The notes under the pieces: model-generated
Database searches by the model: none
Told to the model about the DNA's origin: nothing
The model's input: the letters and a program-made list of their open reading frames with translations, nothing else
Assembly: GCF_009914755.1 (NCBI RefSeq)
Contig: NC_060926.1
DNA from: the human T2T-CHM13v2.0 reference genome, Homo sapiens
Length of the DNA stretch: 64,000 nt
Strand: one strand, 5' to 3'
Made by a program: the position numbers and the translations under genes
Shown here: piece by piece, positions 29,421 to 47,431 of the stretch
How the letters are laid out: each line of letters starts with the position of its first letter
Position numbering within the stretch: the first letter of the stretch is position 1

Positions 29421-29986
29421 TTTTTTTTTTTTTTTTTGGTTGGGAGACAGGGTCTTGCTCTGTTGCCCAGGTTAGAGTGCAGTGGCATGATCTTGGCTTA
29501 CTACAACCTCTGCCTACTGGGTTCATGCGACCCTCCTACCTCAGCCTCCTGAGTAGCTGGGACCATGGATGTGGGCCACCACGCCTGGCTAATTTTTGTA
29601 TTTTTTTGTAGAGATGGGGTTTTGCCATTTTGCCAAGACTGGTCTTGAACTCCTGGGCTCAAGCCATCTGCTCTGCTCAGCCTGCTGAATTCTTGAGATA
29701 GCAAAACATTTTAATAGTAACCTAAAATCCAATATGAATTAAAGAGGATTACTGTAGGTTTCCTCATTTTTGGGGCAGTTATTTATTTTCAACTGATTCA
29801 GAAGTGAAGTGATAATTATTTCTGTTCCATTACATTTTATTTCATAGTTTTTTTTTTTTTTTTTTTTTTTAAGGGGCAGTGTCTTGTTACATTGCCCAGG
29901 CTGGTTTCCAGCTCCTGGGCTCAAGTGATCCTCCTGCCTCAGCCTCTCAAGTAGCAGGTACTATAGGCATGCGCCACTGCAGCCGG
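29421..29986 (-). mobile_element. AluJ (29421-29684) and FLAM-like monomer (29848-29986)
   Basis: Two polyT-led antisense Alu sequences. Confidence 0.88.
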
Positions 29987-30186
29987 CTTTTAGACAATAG
30001 AATTTATTGAATACCTACTGTATGTCAGATGTTGGAAATCATATCAGTGTACAAAGCAGGTAGAATTCTCTGCATAGAGTTTATATTTTAATGTTAGGTA
30101 ACTCAACTCTTAAAAAAAATCAGTTAATTATAATGTGTTTGGCAAGTTCCATGGTAAAAATAAAGTTTGATAAAGAGGAATTGCCT

Positions 30187-30578
<392 letters not shown>

Positions 30579-30927
30579 TTACCTGAGAGAAGAGCACCCC
30601 AGACAGTGAGGAAGCCAGTGTAAAGGCTCTGGGTGAGAGTGTGCTGAGCATGTTTGAAGAGTGTTGTGGAGACCAACAGAGTGAGCAGAGGGGACAGTCA
30701 GAAGGTGAGAAGGTTAGAGATGTGAGGACAAGAAGGACGGCTCAGTATATCTCACACAACCATAAGGTGATGTGTCAGTAGTTTGTGCTTAATAGCAATG
30801 GAATGGGAGGCCATTGAATGTTCCTGAAAAGAAGAACACCATGATCTTATTTATATTTTAAGAGGAACACTCTCCTATGATATAAGTAGATGATTAGGTG
30901 CAAGAGTTATGACAGGTAGATCAGTGA

Positions 30928-31278
<351 letters not shown>

Positions 31279-33593
31279 CATGAAAAGATATGTCTTTTGT
31301 ATGTTCTTGATAATTTTTGTTTTGTAGTATGTTTTGGGTCTATGTTGCTGGGAGAAACACTTTCTGATGTTTGTATGTAACTGATTTTCAGGTACAGTTG
31401 AACAGGTAATTTGATTTGGGGGCTTGGAGTTTGCAAAGAAGTAGTCCATATACTTGGAGGAATTGATCAGATCAGCATTAACAAGAATTTCCATTTCTGA
31501 GGATGTTAAAAAATGTCTGAAAAAGGTTTCCATAGTCTCTTAAATTTGGGAAGTGCTCCATTTCACAAAATATGAAAGGTTTCTTGATAATAGTACACAT
31601 TGTTTCCCAAATTATGTGATTATAATACCTTTTAAAAACAACACAGAAGATCTTGGAAGGTTTTCCTTGTGACTTACCACTTGTAAACACTGAGAAATGG
31701 TGATATGTTTCAATTTCATATTTTCTCATTGACTCGTATCACGGTAAAAGAAAATCAGTTGAAAAATTACCCTTGCTTTTTTAAAATTTATGTGATAAAA
31801 TAGCCCATCTGAATTTACTGAATTTGTCTTTATTTTTATTGAATATGAAAAAAGATTGTTTAGTGTGTTAGATGTTAAATGCTAAGACAATTTTAGAATT
31901 TAAGGAATTGAATATACAGTATTTTCATGACTAGTCCCTCATGTTCATTTACATGCCAGGATCTCACATCCTTTGCAGAAGGAAAGGTACATTCCTAGGG
32001 ATAAAATAAATGCATGTTACTTGGACAACATTTTTGCTTTCTGTTTGCTAAATAAAAATCCTTTTTAAAAATTTAGTATTGCCACACTTTGCCATATTAA
32101 AAATGTTTTAGATTACTATATTATCCTGAAACTACATGTACACACACACCACTAAAATAAGTTTTAAGGTATTTCATATGCCTGTACGGGAGAGAAAATA
32201 GGAAAAGAATACAATCATCATAAGTTCTTATTATTACATTATGCTGAGATTTCTAATAACGCTGTCCTTTTCTGGGTATTTTGTATTAAACCTAAAATTT
32301 GTGATGTTTTAGACTGTTTCACTAACATGTTTTGATAACGTCTCAGTACCCTTGGGAAAGCATTATAAAGTAGTGGGCAACGATGAAACCTACTCTGGAT
32401 GTTTTTAGGCAAATTTTTTAACTTCTCTGATGTTAGTGTTCTCTTTTATAAAATAGGAGAACCAGGATGAGCCCATGGGATAGTTGTGCTGATGAGGTGC
32501 AAGGATGCGTGTCAGGCACCCAGCACTGGCTCTTCCCAGACATGGAGTGCTCAGTAATCGTGAGCTATTAGAATACAGGTGCCCAACCAGTGCTTGAGCA
32601 ATTGTGTTCTGTGTCCAACAGAACTCAACAGAATCCCACGTTTGTCTTTATATGTGAATTCAGTTCCTTTTGAGTTAGTAAGAAATTTTGCCTGTGTTGG
32701 GGTAATTGAACTTTCAGGAGGAGGGAATTGCCTGCCACAATTATTCTCTGAACTTAATGTTTCCATGTCTTTTTCTTCATTTTGGAAGTTGTGGAAAAAT
32801 TATAATGAAAGAGTATATAAACGTTTTCCTCTGTATTATAGCGTATCTGACAGTTTCCTTTATTAAAAAGTACGATACATTAGGGAGAGACTTAATGAAT
32901 TTAAAATTAAAGTTTGAAAAGTGTTATTGACTATAAGTGATCTTCAGCTGTGCAGTTTTCAACTTGAGGTTGTCAGAATGTAATATTACACATTATATTA
33001 CACACATCTACAGAATCCAAATTGTGATGTTCCTGGAGTATTGGAACAATACCTATGACTTTTTGTTTCTATTGATTTTTAACTCTTCTAATAACCACTT
33101 CTTTAAGAAAAGTCATACATCATCACTTTGGTGTATCAGAAACAAATTCCTTATGCAATAAAAGCATACTTCTTTCTCATTCACCTACTGGGATCTAGAA
33201 ACCCTGTTAATGCAAGAAAAAATCCCAAACCTCAATAAAATAACACTCTGTTTGTCTGAAGAGTGGAAACACAACACATTTCCTCTCAACTGGTGGTCCC
33301 AGATCGACCATCACAGTGTATGGATGTGTTTGGAGGTGTGGGAATAGGACTGCTCTGAGGCTCTAGAAGGCCAGCAGGTGGGGCAGACTGAATGGAGGGA
33401 GGGGACTGGCATTCAGTAACTACTGGAGCGTGGGAAGAGTGAGGTAGACTGTCCATCTGGTGAAGGTGGCTGCTTCCTTGAGGTTTGTTACTTTCTGTAA
33501 TGTTAATTCCCTCAACTTTTAAAATTTGATTTTTAGACAAGTTATACATTCAAATGATTTAAAATTGGAAAATAATAAAAAGGTAAACAGTGA

Positions 33594-34204
<611 letters not shown>

Positions 34205-34364
34205 TTTCTTTCAATCTTTTACTGTGAATAGTACAATGAATCACCTGGTATATTTATAATGTTGTAGGTAAGTGGGCCTGCAAAGGTGAATTCCATGCTA
34301 AATCCAAAGACATAATGCATTTGAAACTGTTTTTGGCAGGTAGGATACAGTTTTTTGTTGTTTT

Positions 34365-37125
<2,761 letters not shown>

Positions 37126-37324
37126 TGTTTTTGAATAGGCAATACCTGTGTATGATACAAGAAATACAAAGGTCTTAAAAAGAGTGAACAATGTTAAGTT
37201 AGCCTACTTTTTGGCCATCCCTTCCTTGGAAAGAACCAGTGTTTTCTTATAACTTTCCAGAGATTAGTCATCTAGATACAAGTATGTATATATGGGAGAA
37301 TTTCTCATATTTGGGTGATATGCT

Positions 37325-37624
<300 letters not shown>

Positions 37625-38779
37625 TGATCATGAAACACACTGAGGGTGTTTCATCAGGGGAGTGACGTGAGCATAGTCACATTCAGGAAAGATCACTGCC
37701 TCTGGGAAGACAGAGGGTCAGGGCAGAGCCTGGAGGCCAGGAGAATGCCACCTTCAAACAGGGTGCAGGAGGCACAATTCTGGACAGGGATGTCCATGGC
37801 CAGAGGAGTGGTCCAGCTCCTAGAAGATGAGGAGAGACCGAAGGTGAGGATGGCTCTTCAGTTTCAGGTTTAGGCACCTGGACAGATGGTCTTGCCTTCT
37901 CCAGTGGCAGAAAGCACTGAAGGGGAAAGAGGTTGGGGGAAGGGACTGTGTAGGCTGAGCAGCCTAAGTCTGAGAAGCTGGGCCACTTGCAGGTGTTGGT
38001 CCAGGGTGCAAGTGCATTTGGTGAAGGGGGAGACTAGGAAGGGAGGAGAAAGTCCAGTCTGTTACTAGACCTCACCATGCTGCAGGTGTCTGGGCCAGCA
38101 GGTCGCAGCCGGAGCTGTGCAGCTGGCTGCTGTCACATCCCTTCCTCTCCCAGCTGCCTTCAGCTGAGCTTAACGCCAGCAGAGGCCGAAACACTTCACA
38201 AATGCAACTTGTCAGCTGGGAGGTGCACTCAGAGCTCAGGAACACTGTTTTCCCTCTTTATTGTTTTCCATCATTTTTTTTTTCAGTCTGGGTTTTGGGT
38301 CCCGTCAGTTCCTTTTCTGTTCAACACTGAGCTATGTATCCACCCCTCTCAAGGTTGAAAAAGAGAAAGACTGTAAAAGTGCCCTGCAAAGAAGAGGCTT
38401 CCAACTCTCTGGGGGTGGGGGGGTGGGGGGCTCTCTTCCTCCTCTTGTCTTCTGGGTTCATTCCAAATTATTCCCCAAAGGAAAAATCACTGAAGGACTG
38501 GGGGCGGTGGTGGGGAAAAGGACAGTCTCCCAAGAGGTCAGGTGAAGCCCCAGCCTCATGGTGTTGAGGGAGGGGCTGGGGGAAGCGGGAGCCTGTTCCT
38601 AGGAGACACTGTCTACTGGACACCTCATCCTAGATGGCTTCCCTGAGTTCTGACACTGTTCTAGGAGTAGGAATCATTATCCCACGCTATGGAGAAGGAA
38701 ACCAAGGCCAGGTAAAGTTATGTAGGGCGCTTAAAGTTGCAGAGCCAGGAATAAAGTCCGGATTGGGACTCAGGTCTGT

Positions 38780-39520
38780 GGGCAATCCAAGGCCGCCCCC
38801 TTTACACTTCAAATGCTCTTTCCCCCTCCGGAAGCCCTCGCGTCCTCATCCCTACCCCACCTCTTGTTCCCCAAGCGTGGCTAGGGCTAGGGCTCCAGGG
38901 CTACGCCAAGCACCCTTCGGTCTTCCCGGGAAGAATTTTCCCCGGCCCGGGGCTAGGGTCTGGCGCTGGGGCGCTCCTGGGACCTGCGGGATCACCACTA
39001 CACTCTGGCGCGCTGAGCGCGGTGAGCTAGGGCGCCAAGGCACAGGTGGGGCTGGAGTCCAGCGCGGAGGCGTGGGGGGCGGGACGCGGGGCCGGGGATC
39101 GGCCAGGGACCGCGGCAGCGCCGCAGTGCCAGCCCAGCGCCGGCGACTGCCTGCCCCAGCCCCTCAGTGGCGGCTTGCTCTCTTCTCTCGCTCCGAACCA
39201 GACACAGCCGCTGTCGCTGCCATCTGGCGCGCCGCAGACTCCCGAGAACAGCCCTGGCTGTCAGCGGGCACCAGCCGCTTCCTGTGCCCATCGCGGAGAC
39301 TGGAGGGGCGCACCACGGCCACCGAGCCAGAGGCGCTTCAGGAGGCAAGAGAAGTCCCCGCGCGCTCCGGGACCCGGCGCAGCTCATGGTGAGCGCCCTC
39401 TGGGGCTCGAGGGTCCCTTGGCTGAGGGGGCGCATCCTCGGGGTGCCCGATGGGGCTGCCTGGGGGTCGCAGGGCTGTAGTTGGGATCGCGCACAAACCG
39501 ACTCTGCGGCCCAGCCCGAA
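38780..39520 (+). promoter_or_regulatory. CpG island / DRD5-type promoter and 5' leader
   Basis: Very GC- and CpG-dense, GC box (ggggcggg at ~39075), directly upstream of the DRD5-like ATG; island continues into the CDS remnant. Confidence 0.8.
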
Positions 39521-40964
39521 ATGCTGCCGCCAAGGAGCAACGGCACCGCGTACCCGGGGCAGTTAGCGCTATACCAGCAGCTGGCGCAGGGGAACGCCGT
39601 GGGGGGCTCGGCGGGGGCACCGCCACTGGGGCCCGTGCAGGTGGTCACCGCCTGCCTGCTGACCCTACTCATCATCTGGACCTTGCTGGGCAACGTGCTG
39701 ATGTCCGCAGCCATCGTGCGGAGCCGCCACCTGCGCGCCAAGATGACCAACGTCTTCATCGTGTCTCTGGCTGTGTCAGACCTCTTCGTGGCGCTGCTGG
39801 TCATGCCCTGGAAGGCAGTCGCCGAGGTGGCCGGTTATTGGCCCTTTGAAGCGTTCTGCGACGTCTGGGTGGCCTTCGACATCATGTGCTCCACCGCCTC
39901 CATCCTGAACCTGTGCGTCAGCAGGTCATCAGCGTGGGCCGCTACTGGGCCATCTCCAGGCCCTTCCGCTACGAGCGCAAGATGACCCAGCGCATGGCCT
40001 TGGTCATGGTCGGCCCGGCCTGGACCTTGTCCAGCCTCATCTCCTTCATTCCGGTCCAGCTCAACTGGCACAGGGACCAGGCGGTCTCTTGAGGTGGGCT
40101 GGACCTGCCAAACAACCTGGCCAACTGGACGCCCTGGGAGGAGGCCGTTTGGGAGCCTGACGTGAGGGCAGAGAACTGTGACTCCAGCCTGAATCGAACC
40201 TACGCCATCTCTTCCTCGCTCATCAACTTCTACATCCCCATGGCCATCATGATCGTGACCTACACGCACATCTACCGCATCGCCCAGGTGCAGATCTGCA
40301 GGATTTCCTCCTTGGAGAGGGCCGCAGAGCACGTGCAGAGCTGCCGGAGCAGCGCAGGCTGCACGCCCGACACCAGCCTGCGGTTTTCCATCAAGAAGGA
40401 GACCAAGGTTCTCAAGCCCCTGTCAGTGATCATGGGGGTCTTCGTGTGTTGCTGGCTGCCCTTCTTCATCCTTAACTGCATGGTCCCTTTCCGCAGTGGA
40501 CACCCCAAAGGCCCTCCGGCCGGCTTCCCCTGCGTCAGTGAGACCACATTCGATGTCTTCATCTGGTTCTGCTGGGCCAACTCCTCACTCAACCCAGTCA
40601 CTATGCCTTCAACGCCGACTTCTGGAAGGTGTTTGCCCAGCTGCTGGGGTGCAGCCACGTCTGCTCCCGCACGCCGGTGGAGACGGTGAACATCAGCAAT
40701 GAGCTCATCTCCTACAACCAAGACATGGTCTTCCACAAGGAAATCGCAGCTGCCTGCATCCACATGATGCCCAACGCCGTTCCCCCCGGGGACCAAGAGG
40801 TGGACAACGATGAGGAGGAGGAGAGTCCTTTCGATCGCATGTCCCAGATCTATCAGACATCCCCAGATGGTGACCCTGTTGCAGAGTCTGTCTGAGAGCT
40901 GGACTGCGAGGGGGAGATTTCTTTAGACAAAATAACGCCTTTCACCCCAAATGGATTCCATTAA
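39521..40964 (+). pseudogene. DRD5P1/DRD5P2: dopamine receptor D5 pseudogene (genomic duplicate)
   Basis: [38 protein letters not shown]...GNVL...LAVSDL...[13 protein letters not shown]...CWLPFF...ITPFTPNGFH*. Lesions: 8-nt insertion agcaggtc at 39920-39927, DRY->GRY, TGA at 40090 and 40893, 1-nt deletion in NPVIY at ~40600. Confidence 0.97.
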
Positions 40965-43900
40965 ACTGCATTAAGAAACCCCCTCATGGATCTGCATAAC
41001 CACACAGACATTGACAAGCATGCACACACAAGCAAATACATGCCTTTCCAGTACTGCTCCCTTTATCATGTGTTTCTGTGTAGTAGCTGGTGTGCTTAGA
41101 AACCTCACCCCATTGATTGGTAGTTCAAAGAATTGGCAGAAGCAGTTGCAATAAACTCAGTCAAATGTACCCAGCCTACCAGAGATGGAACAATGATCCT
41201 GTGAGAGAAGAGAGTATGGTGCTGGCTCCTTAAAAAAAAAAAAAAAAAAATGATACTTGGTCCTTAAAAAATATGCTCTCCCCTCCCTTTTTAAACAAAT
41301 GGCTTTTTCAGTCACTTGTTTGTGTTTGAATTGATTTTTAAACAGCAGGTTTTGTGTGTGTGCAGTGATGTGGTGGGAGCACAGCTTTCCTGGGTCTGGA
41401 TTCCCGTGGCTTTGTGCTTGTGTCATTTCTTCTCTCTGTGCTGGTGGGGGTCTCTTTACCATAGCTTAAGAAGTCTCCCTGATTTATTCTGGTATCTAAT
41501 AAACACAGATTATTTGTATTATGTGGTGACTATCTTTGCTTTGCTACACTGGGTTTCAGGATTGCTTCTGAAGAAAGGATGAGTGCATCCTTAAAATGCA
41601 AAGAAGACATTTGCTGGGTCTGGAAGTACATGCTTATTCTCTTTACAGTTTGGCCTTAAAGATACACCAGGGCAAAGGACCTTGAGGAGCTTCTGTTTTC
41701 TCAGGTTTCTTTTTATTACTTATACACATGTTGGGTCTGTGCTGAAACCTGGCTTCAATGGCATGGCATTAGATCTTCTCAAGCCCAGATTTTTTTTTTC
41801 ATTTGGAATCTTTCTTGAAGTAACAAAAGACAACTCTCCTTATTCCTAGACAGATGCGATCAGTTCATTGAAAAGATCATGTAGAATAATATCTTGAATC
41901 TTTCTCCATCTGAAATCTGTAGCATGTTTTAGAATCACCTGGCTTTTGAGAAATCCTGTTTTCTGAAGGGCTTTGAAATGTGTGAATCAAGATGCTTTAA
42001 AAAAGAAACCTATTTTTAAATAGGCATTTTCCTTAGTGGACAATAGCAAATAGAGAAATGCTTTTTAACTAAAATGTAGAAGCCAGAGATGAAATGTGAA
42101 TGAACTTGAAATTGGAAAATCTGTAGGTCGAGGTGCTCAATAGAAAAGCCCAACTGACTCCAATCATTTTGTTTTTCCTCTCTGCAGTGTGCACAGTCAA
42201 GGGGAGTGTTTTATTCCAGACCCACACCAGTTGAGAGCATATTATTACCATCAGATCTAAATATGAGCACTATTAATGGAAGCAAATGAAATGTGAATAT
42301 GCAATTTCTTGCAAGTCCCTGATTTGAAGCAGTTTTATCAAGGACAGTTCAATCAATTTTGATCTCTCTAAGGCTAATTTTATTGTCAGTCTTCTGTGCA
42401 GCCATATCTTGATCACTGCAAAATGTGCAGCTCCTGGCACATCGTACTTAATAAATATTTGTTGAATGAATGACTATTTCTGGAATAGTGATATTGAAAG
42501 CAAATCCTATTCGGTACATCAATTTTTATATATAATTTAGTCAAAATGATACTGGAATCTGAGGCCCGTGTTCAGTTTCTGACCTCCTGTGAATGGATAG
42601 CTAAGTGAACCATTAGGCAACATTAGGGGCAGTGAAAAGCACACAGCTCTACGATTCAGGAGATGGTCGCATGACCTTGAGTGAGTCAATTAACCTTTCT
42701 GGGCCTCATTTTCTGTCTGTGTCTGTAAATGGAAAGACTTCAGCTGGATCACTGTTTACCCAATTGTGCTTTGTGATGCAGATGTTAATGGATGGGGTCT
42801 CTGGTGAAATAAGTTCAGCAAACCCAGGTTCAACACCTGTTTTCTCGATAGGACTTCTTAGAGCTTCTCCTGTGCATGATGCATCCTCCAGTGCGAGAAG
42901 ATTCTGTATTATTTCCCAATGCCATTCACTTTGTGAACCTTGTTTGGTGGAATTCCTGTTACTGTTTCACTGGAGTCCACAGTCACTACTTGAGAAACTC
43001 AAATCTAACTGATCTGGAAGTCTTTACAATATTCTGTTCTAAAGCACGGGTTGCTATAAGCAAAATCTTTTGTGAAAAACACTGTTCTAGGCTCCAGTTT
43101 AAATAAGTTCTGTGTTATGGAAAATGGGTTATGTGAGGACTTTGGAATTTCCTTCTGTAAAATATCACTCACCATTCATTATAATTACGTACTATGCTCT
43201 AGGCATTGTTCTAGATGCTGGGAATATAGTTGTCAATCAAATTCTCTGCTCTCTTGGAACATTTATGTGAGCTGGGGGAGAGATAAGCCAATAAAGAGAT
43301 CTGTACTATACTGCACTGCATTGCACTGTGCTGTACTGACCAGGATAGATAATGCCAGGCAGGGGTAATTGCTATGTTGCAAAAAGCCCAGGGTGAGTAG
43401 GGTGGTGAAGCTGCTGTTTTATTTATGGTGGTCAGGGGAGGACTTTCCAAAGAGCCACATGAAGAGAGACCTTGATGAAGTAAGGATTGGAGGGCTGCTA
43501 ATGTCTGGGAAGGAGAGCAATCCAGGCAGAGGGAGTGGCAAGTGCAAAGGCTTGGAAATGGGATTGTTCTTGGCACCCTTGGAGGAGTGTGGCTGGAGGG
43601 CTATAAAAGAGGAGTGTGATAGGATTAATGTTAATTGCTGTAGCAGCAATTGCAGCAGGCATGATGGAGACCCAGCCTGTGCTGGGTAAAATACATGTAT
43701 TAATTCATTTCACTCTCACTGCCCTGTGAGGTAAGCACTTTTATTACCCCATTTTACAGATAAGGAAATGAAGGCATTGGCAGGCTAAATAACCAGCCTG
43801 TGGTCACATAGCTCCTGAGTGGCAGAGCTCAACTTGAACCCAGGTAGCCTGGCTGTGGAGTCTTTAATCCTAACTGCTCTTTGATGGTGAGAGAGGATGC

Positions 43901-44261
43901 CAGGATATCTTCAGTCAGCAAATGCACTAGTGCACAGATCAGGACATTCAGTTTTTTGTTCATTTATTACTGAAATGGTTAATTGATTCATCCCCACAGC
44001 TATACAACAGCAGATCTTCACTGTGTACCTCCTCTGTGCACAGCTTTGTGTTTGGAGGGAAGGCACCCTAGGGTTATGGGCAAAGTAGCTCTTACATGAT
44101 GGGCCAATTGCTTTCCTGGATTCTTATTTATTCCTCACATTAACCTCACATGTTATTATTTTTCCATTTTACAGGTGAGGACATGGGGGCACAGAGGACC
44201 TTGAGGACAAGGTTGTTTGTCCAAGGTCATGTGAAAAGTAAGTAGTGGAACCACCCTAGGT

Positions 44262-44465
44262 CAGTGGTTCTTAAATGAGGGAACTTTGCACCCTGCACCC
44301 CCACAGATATTTGGCAATGTCTGGAGACATTTTTGGTTGTCACAGCTGGGTGTCAGGTGCTCCTGCCATCTTCTGGGTAGAGGCCAAAGATGTTGCTAAA
44401 CAACTTATGGTGCACAGAGAATTATCTGGCTCCAAATACCCATGTTGCAGCACTCGAGAGGCCTT
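44262..44465 (+). mobile_element. MER20 hAT MITE
   Basis: cagtggttcttaaa...atttggcaatgtctggagacatttttggttgtcac...gggtagaggccaaagatgttgctaaaca. Confidence 0.88.
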
Positions 44466-44849
44466 GGCCAGGCAGGCAGACTCCAGGTCCCAGCTCCCCG
44501 TCCACAAGGCCACCTGCCTGGGATTGGAGGCTCCAGTGCCCTAAGTTTGAAGTTTGGCTCCACCATTTATTAGTCTTCTGAATTTGGGCACCTTTCTGAG
44601 CTCCAGCTTCTTTATCTGAGCAATGGGCACATGAACCACACAGAGCGTGAATTACACAAAACACATGCCCCAGAACTTCCTTGTTCTGATACATGCTGAA
44701 TCTTCTTTTATAATTAGGCATCCATACACCATATTCATTGGTTAGAAATGAGTCATTACGTCCAAATCATATTCAAGGGGAGGTGATTAGACTTTACCTC
44801 TTCATGGGAGGAGTGCCAAAGAATTTGCAGAAGAGATGTTTTACATTTT

Positions 44850-46660
44850 ATGCTTTATTTTAAAACACTTGTTCTCACATAGTTTCAGACTCACAGAAAC
44901 CTTGCAACACGGTACAAAGAATTTCTAAACATTGTTTACCCAGATCCCCCAAACATCAGGGTTTCACTGTATCACTTATCTCTGTTCTTCCCTTTTTCTT
45001 CTGAGTCATCTAAGGTGTGATGCCCATTTACTCTTGAATATTTTGTTGCATATTTCCTAAAAACAGGGAATTCTCTCATCTCATCTACAGACTTTATTCA
45101 GACTTCACAATAATGTCCTTTATAACAAAACAATCCAAGACCATGTGTTGCATTTAGCTGTCCCCTGTAATTTGAAAGTTTCTGCTGCTTTGTCTTTCTT
45201 GACACAGACCTTTGTGAAGATTACCTGGCCAGTTACTTGGTATAATTGTCCTTCAACTTCGGTTTTTTGGTGCTTTTCCATGATTAGATTCTGTTATGCA
45301 TGTTGGGCAGGAATATCACTGATGCCATGCTGAGCTCCTGTAGCTCAAGGCATGAGGGGCAGGTGCTATTAATTAGCCCCATTACTAGCAATGTTAACTT
45401 TGTTCATGGGGTTACGGTGCTGTCCACCGTTTTACTCTTTATAATTAATATGTATTTCCTTTGGAGAAATACTTTGAGACTATGAAGATATCCTATTATT
45501 TCTCAAACTTGCATCCATTGGTTTTAGCATTTATTAGTAGCCCTTCCCTGAATCAGTTATTACTGTGGTTGTCAAATCGTGTTTTTTAAAAAAATTCTGT
45601 AATCTTTCTAAATGTATTGTTGGTTTTCTACTGTAAGGAAGAACACTTGTTTATATTATTGACATCGGCATAGAATCTTGGTTTTCTAGTTTTCTGTTTG
45701 TTTTTGAGACAGGGTCTCACTCTGTTGTCTAGGCTGGAGAGCAGTGGCATGATCACAGATCACTGCAACCTTGACTCCAAGGCTGAAGTGATCCTCCCAC
45801 CTCAGCCTCCCAAGTAGCTGGGACCACAGGCATATGCCACCATGCCCAGGTAATTTTATTATTTTTTTTTTTTGTAGAGACGGGGCCTCCCTATGTTGTC
45901 CAGGCTGGTCTCAAGCTCCTGGGCTCAAACAGACTTCCCGCCTCAGCCTCCCAAAGTGCTGAGATTTACAGGCTTGAGTCACCATGCCCAGCCCGGGTTT
46001 CTAGTTTTTATAATAGGTTATAATCTTTTACTTGATGCTGTTAATGGATACTATTTTTACATTCCAGGTATGGGACCTTGGGACACATGTGTCCCATTTC
46101 TATGATATTAACACAATGCTCATTCTAGGGGCAACACTCAGAACACTGTTTTCTATTGTCTTCTAAGACTGTCCCTGACCTCAAATCTCTCAGTGAACTG
46201 AGGGTATCCATACTTATCATGATATTTAGGTTGCCCTAGATTTGGTGAGTGGGAGCCCTTTAAGTTGGTTCTTGTGTCCTTTTGACATGCTGTCATTATT
46301 CTTTGAGTAGTTTGTTACTTTTCAACATGAGATATGTCAGACTCATCTTGTGTATTCCCTGTCCAAGCCTTGGAATCATCCATTTTTCCAAGGAGACCAG
46401 GGTTCCTTCTAGCAGAAAATGATATGGAGAAATCAAGATGTGGGCACTAGGGTGTTTATTGTTACTGGGGTGATATTGTTTCTATATCCTCTTAAAAGAC
46501 AGAGTTGGGAAATGGATACATGTATATACATGCACACATATTCATATGTGCACATACACATATCCTTGAGCATCTCTATCTATTTCTATGCCTACCTATG
46601 TACATATATCAAATCCCATGCACTCATTTTGATATCTAGCAGACATATTTTAAAAACCAT
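44850..46660 (-). mobile_element. L1MC-like 3' end with nested AluJ (45690-45996)
   Basis: tttcagactcacagaaaccttgcaa...gtacaaagaattt; gggagccctttaagttggttcttgtgtccttttgacat; ggaatcatccatttttccaaggag. Confidence 0.7.
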
Positions 46661-46866
46661 CACCTCTGGTTCAAATCTTGATTCTCTAATGTTCTAGTTC
46701 ATGAGAACTGGAAGTCAAAGAGATTAAGTTACCTTCCTAGGTTTAAAAAATATTAAAAAGGGAATAATTAGTTGCTTACCTTGTAGTTTATTGTCAGAGT
46801 TATGTGCTATGATGCATGTGGAATGTGTAAGGGTGTTACACAATGAGAATTTAAAAATGGTCTTCT

Positions 46867-47431
46867 TGTGACTGTGCCCTTAAGAGCTGAGAGTACAGGG
46901 CAGAACCTTCCTGTTTCTATGTAGTGGTTCCATGCTCCATTTTACAGACTGTGTGAGAAGCTACTAGGGATCAAGAATTCAAGAGTCAATATGCAGGAGA
47001 GGGATAGAGTAGCTGAAGAGCAAACTAGACTTGCCTACACCTAGAATAGGAAGAAATAGGACAAGATGTCAAGCTTGATAGGAGGAAGTTGTTGATATGA
47101 GGGGAGAGTTAATCAGAGAATGTTGAGCCCATGTGGAACCCCCTGGACCTCTAGGCCAATTTGGGGGAAGGGCTTAAAGGGAATATGAGTACCCCTACTC
47201 ACAAGAGCAGGCAGAGCCATCAGACTTTTGCTTTGACACTGTTAATGAAGTACCATTTTGATATTCCAGGTATGAGACCAGGGGATACATGTCTCCCATT
47301 TGTAGGATATTAATAATACAATGCCAGTTCCAGGGAAAACACTCAGAACTTTGATCTGATTCTCTTCTAAGATCATTGCTGTCCTAAAACCTCTTAGTGA
47401 ACTATGAGTACCAGCACTCCACCAACACTGA
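46867..47431. mobile_element. probable ancient solo LTR
   Basis: ~565 bp bounded by tgt...aca; family not identified. Confidence 0.35.

Noticed and set aside
38634-39804. Long ORFs of 252, 268, 144 and 272 aa around the DRD5P promoter
   Set aside because: Expected in very GC-rich, stop-poor sequence; no recognisable domains apart from the DRD5 frame; the 272-aa call uses a non-ATG start
39521-40964. Functional DRD5, or a retroposed DRD5 copy
   Set aside because: Frameshifts and stops exclude function; the DRD5 coding region is natively intronless and the promoter and flanks are co-duplicated, so this is a DNA-level duplicate
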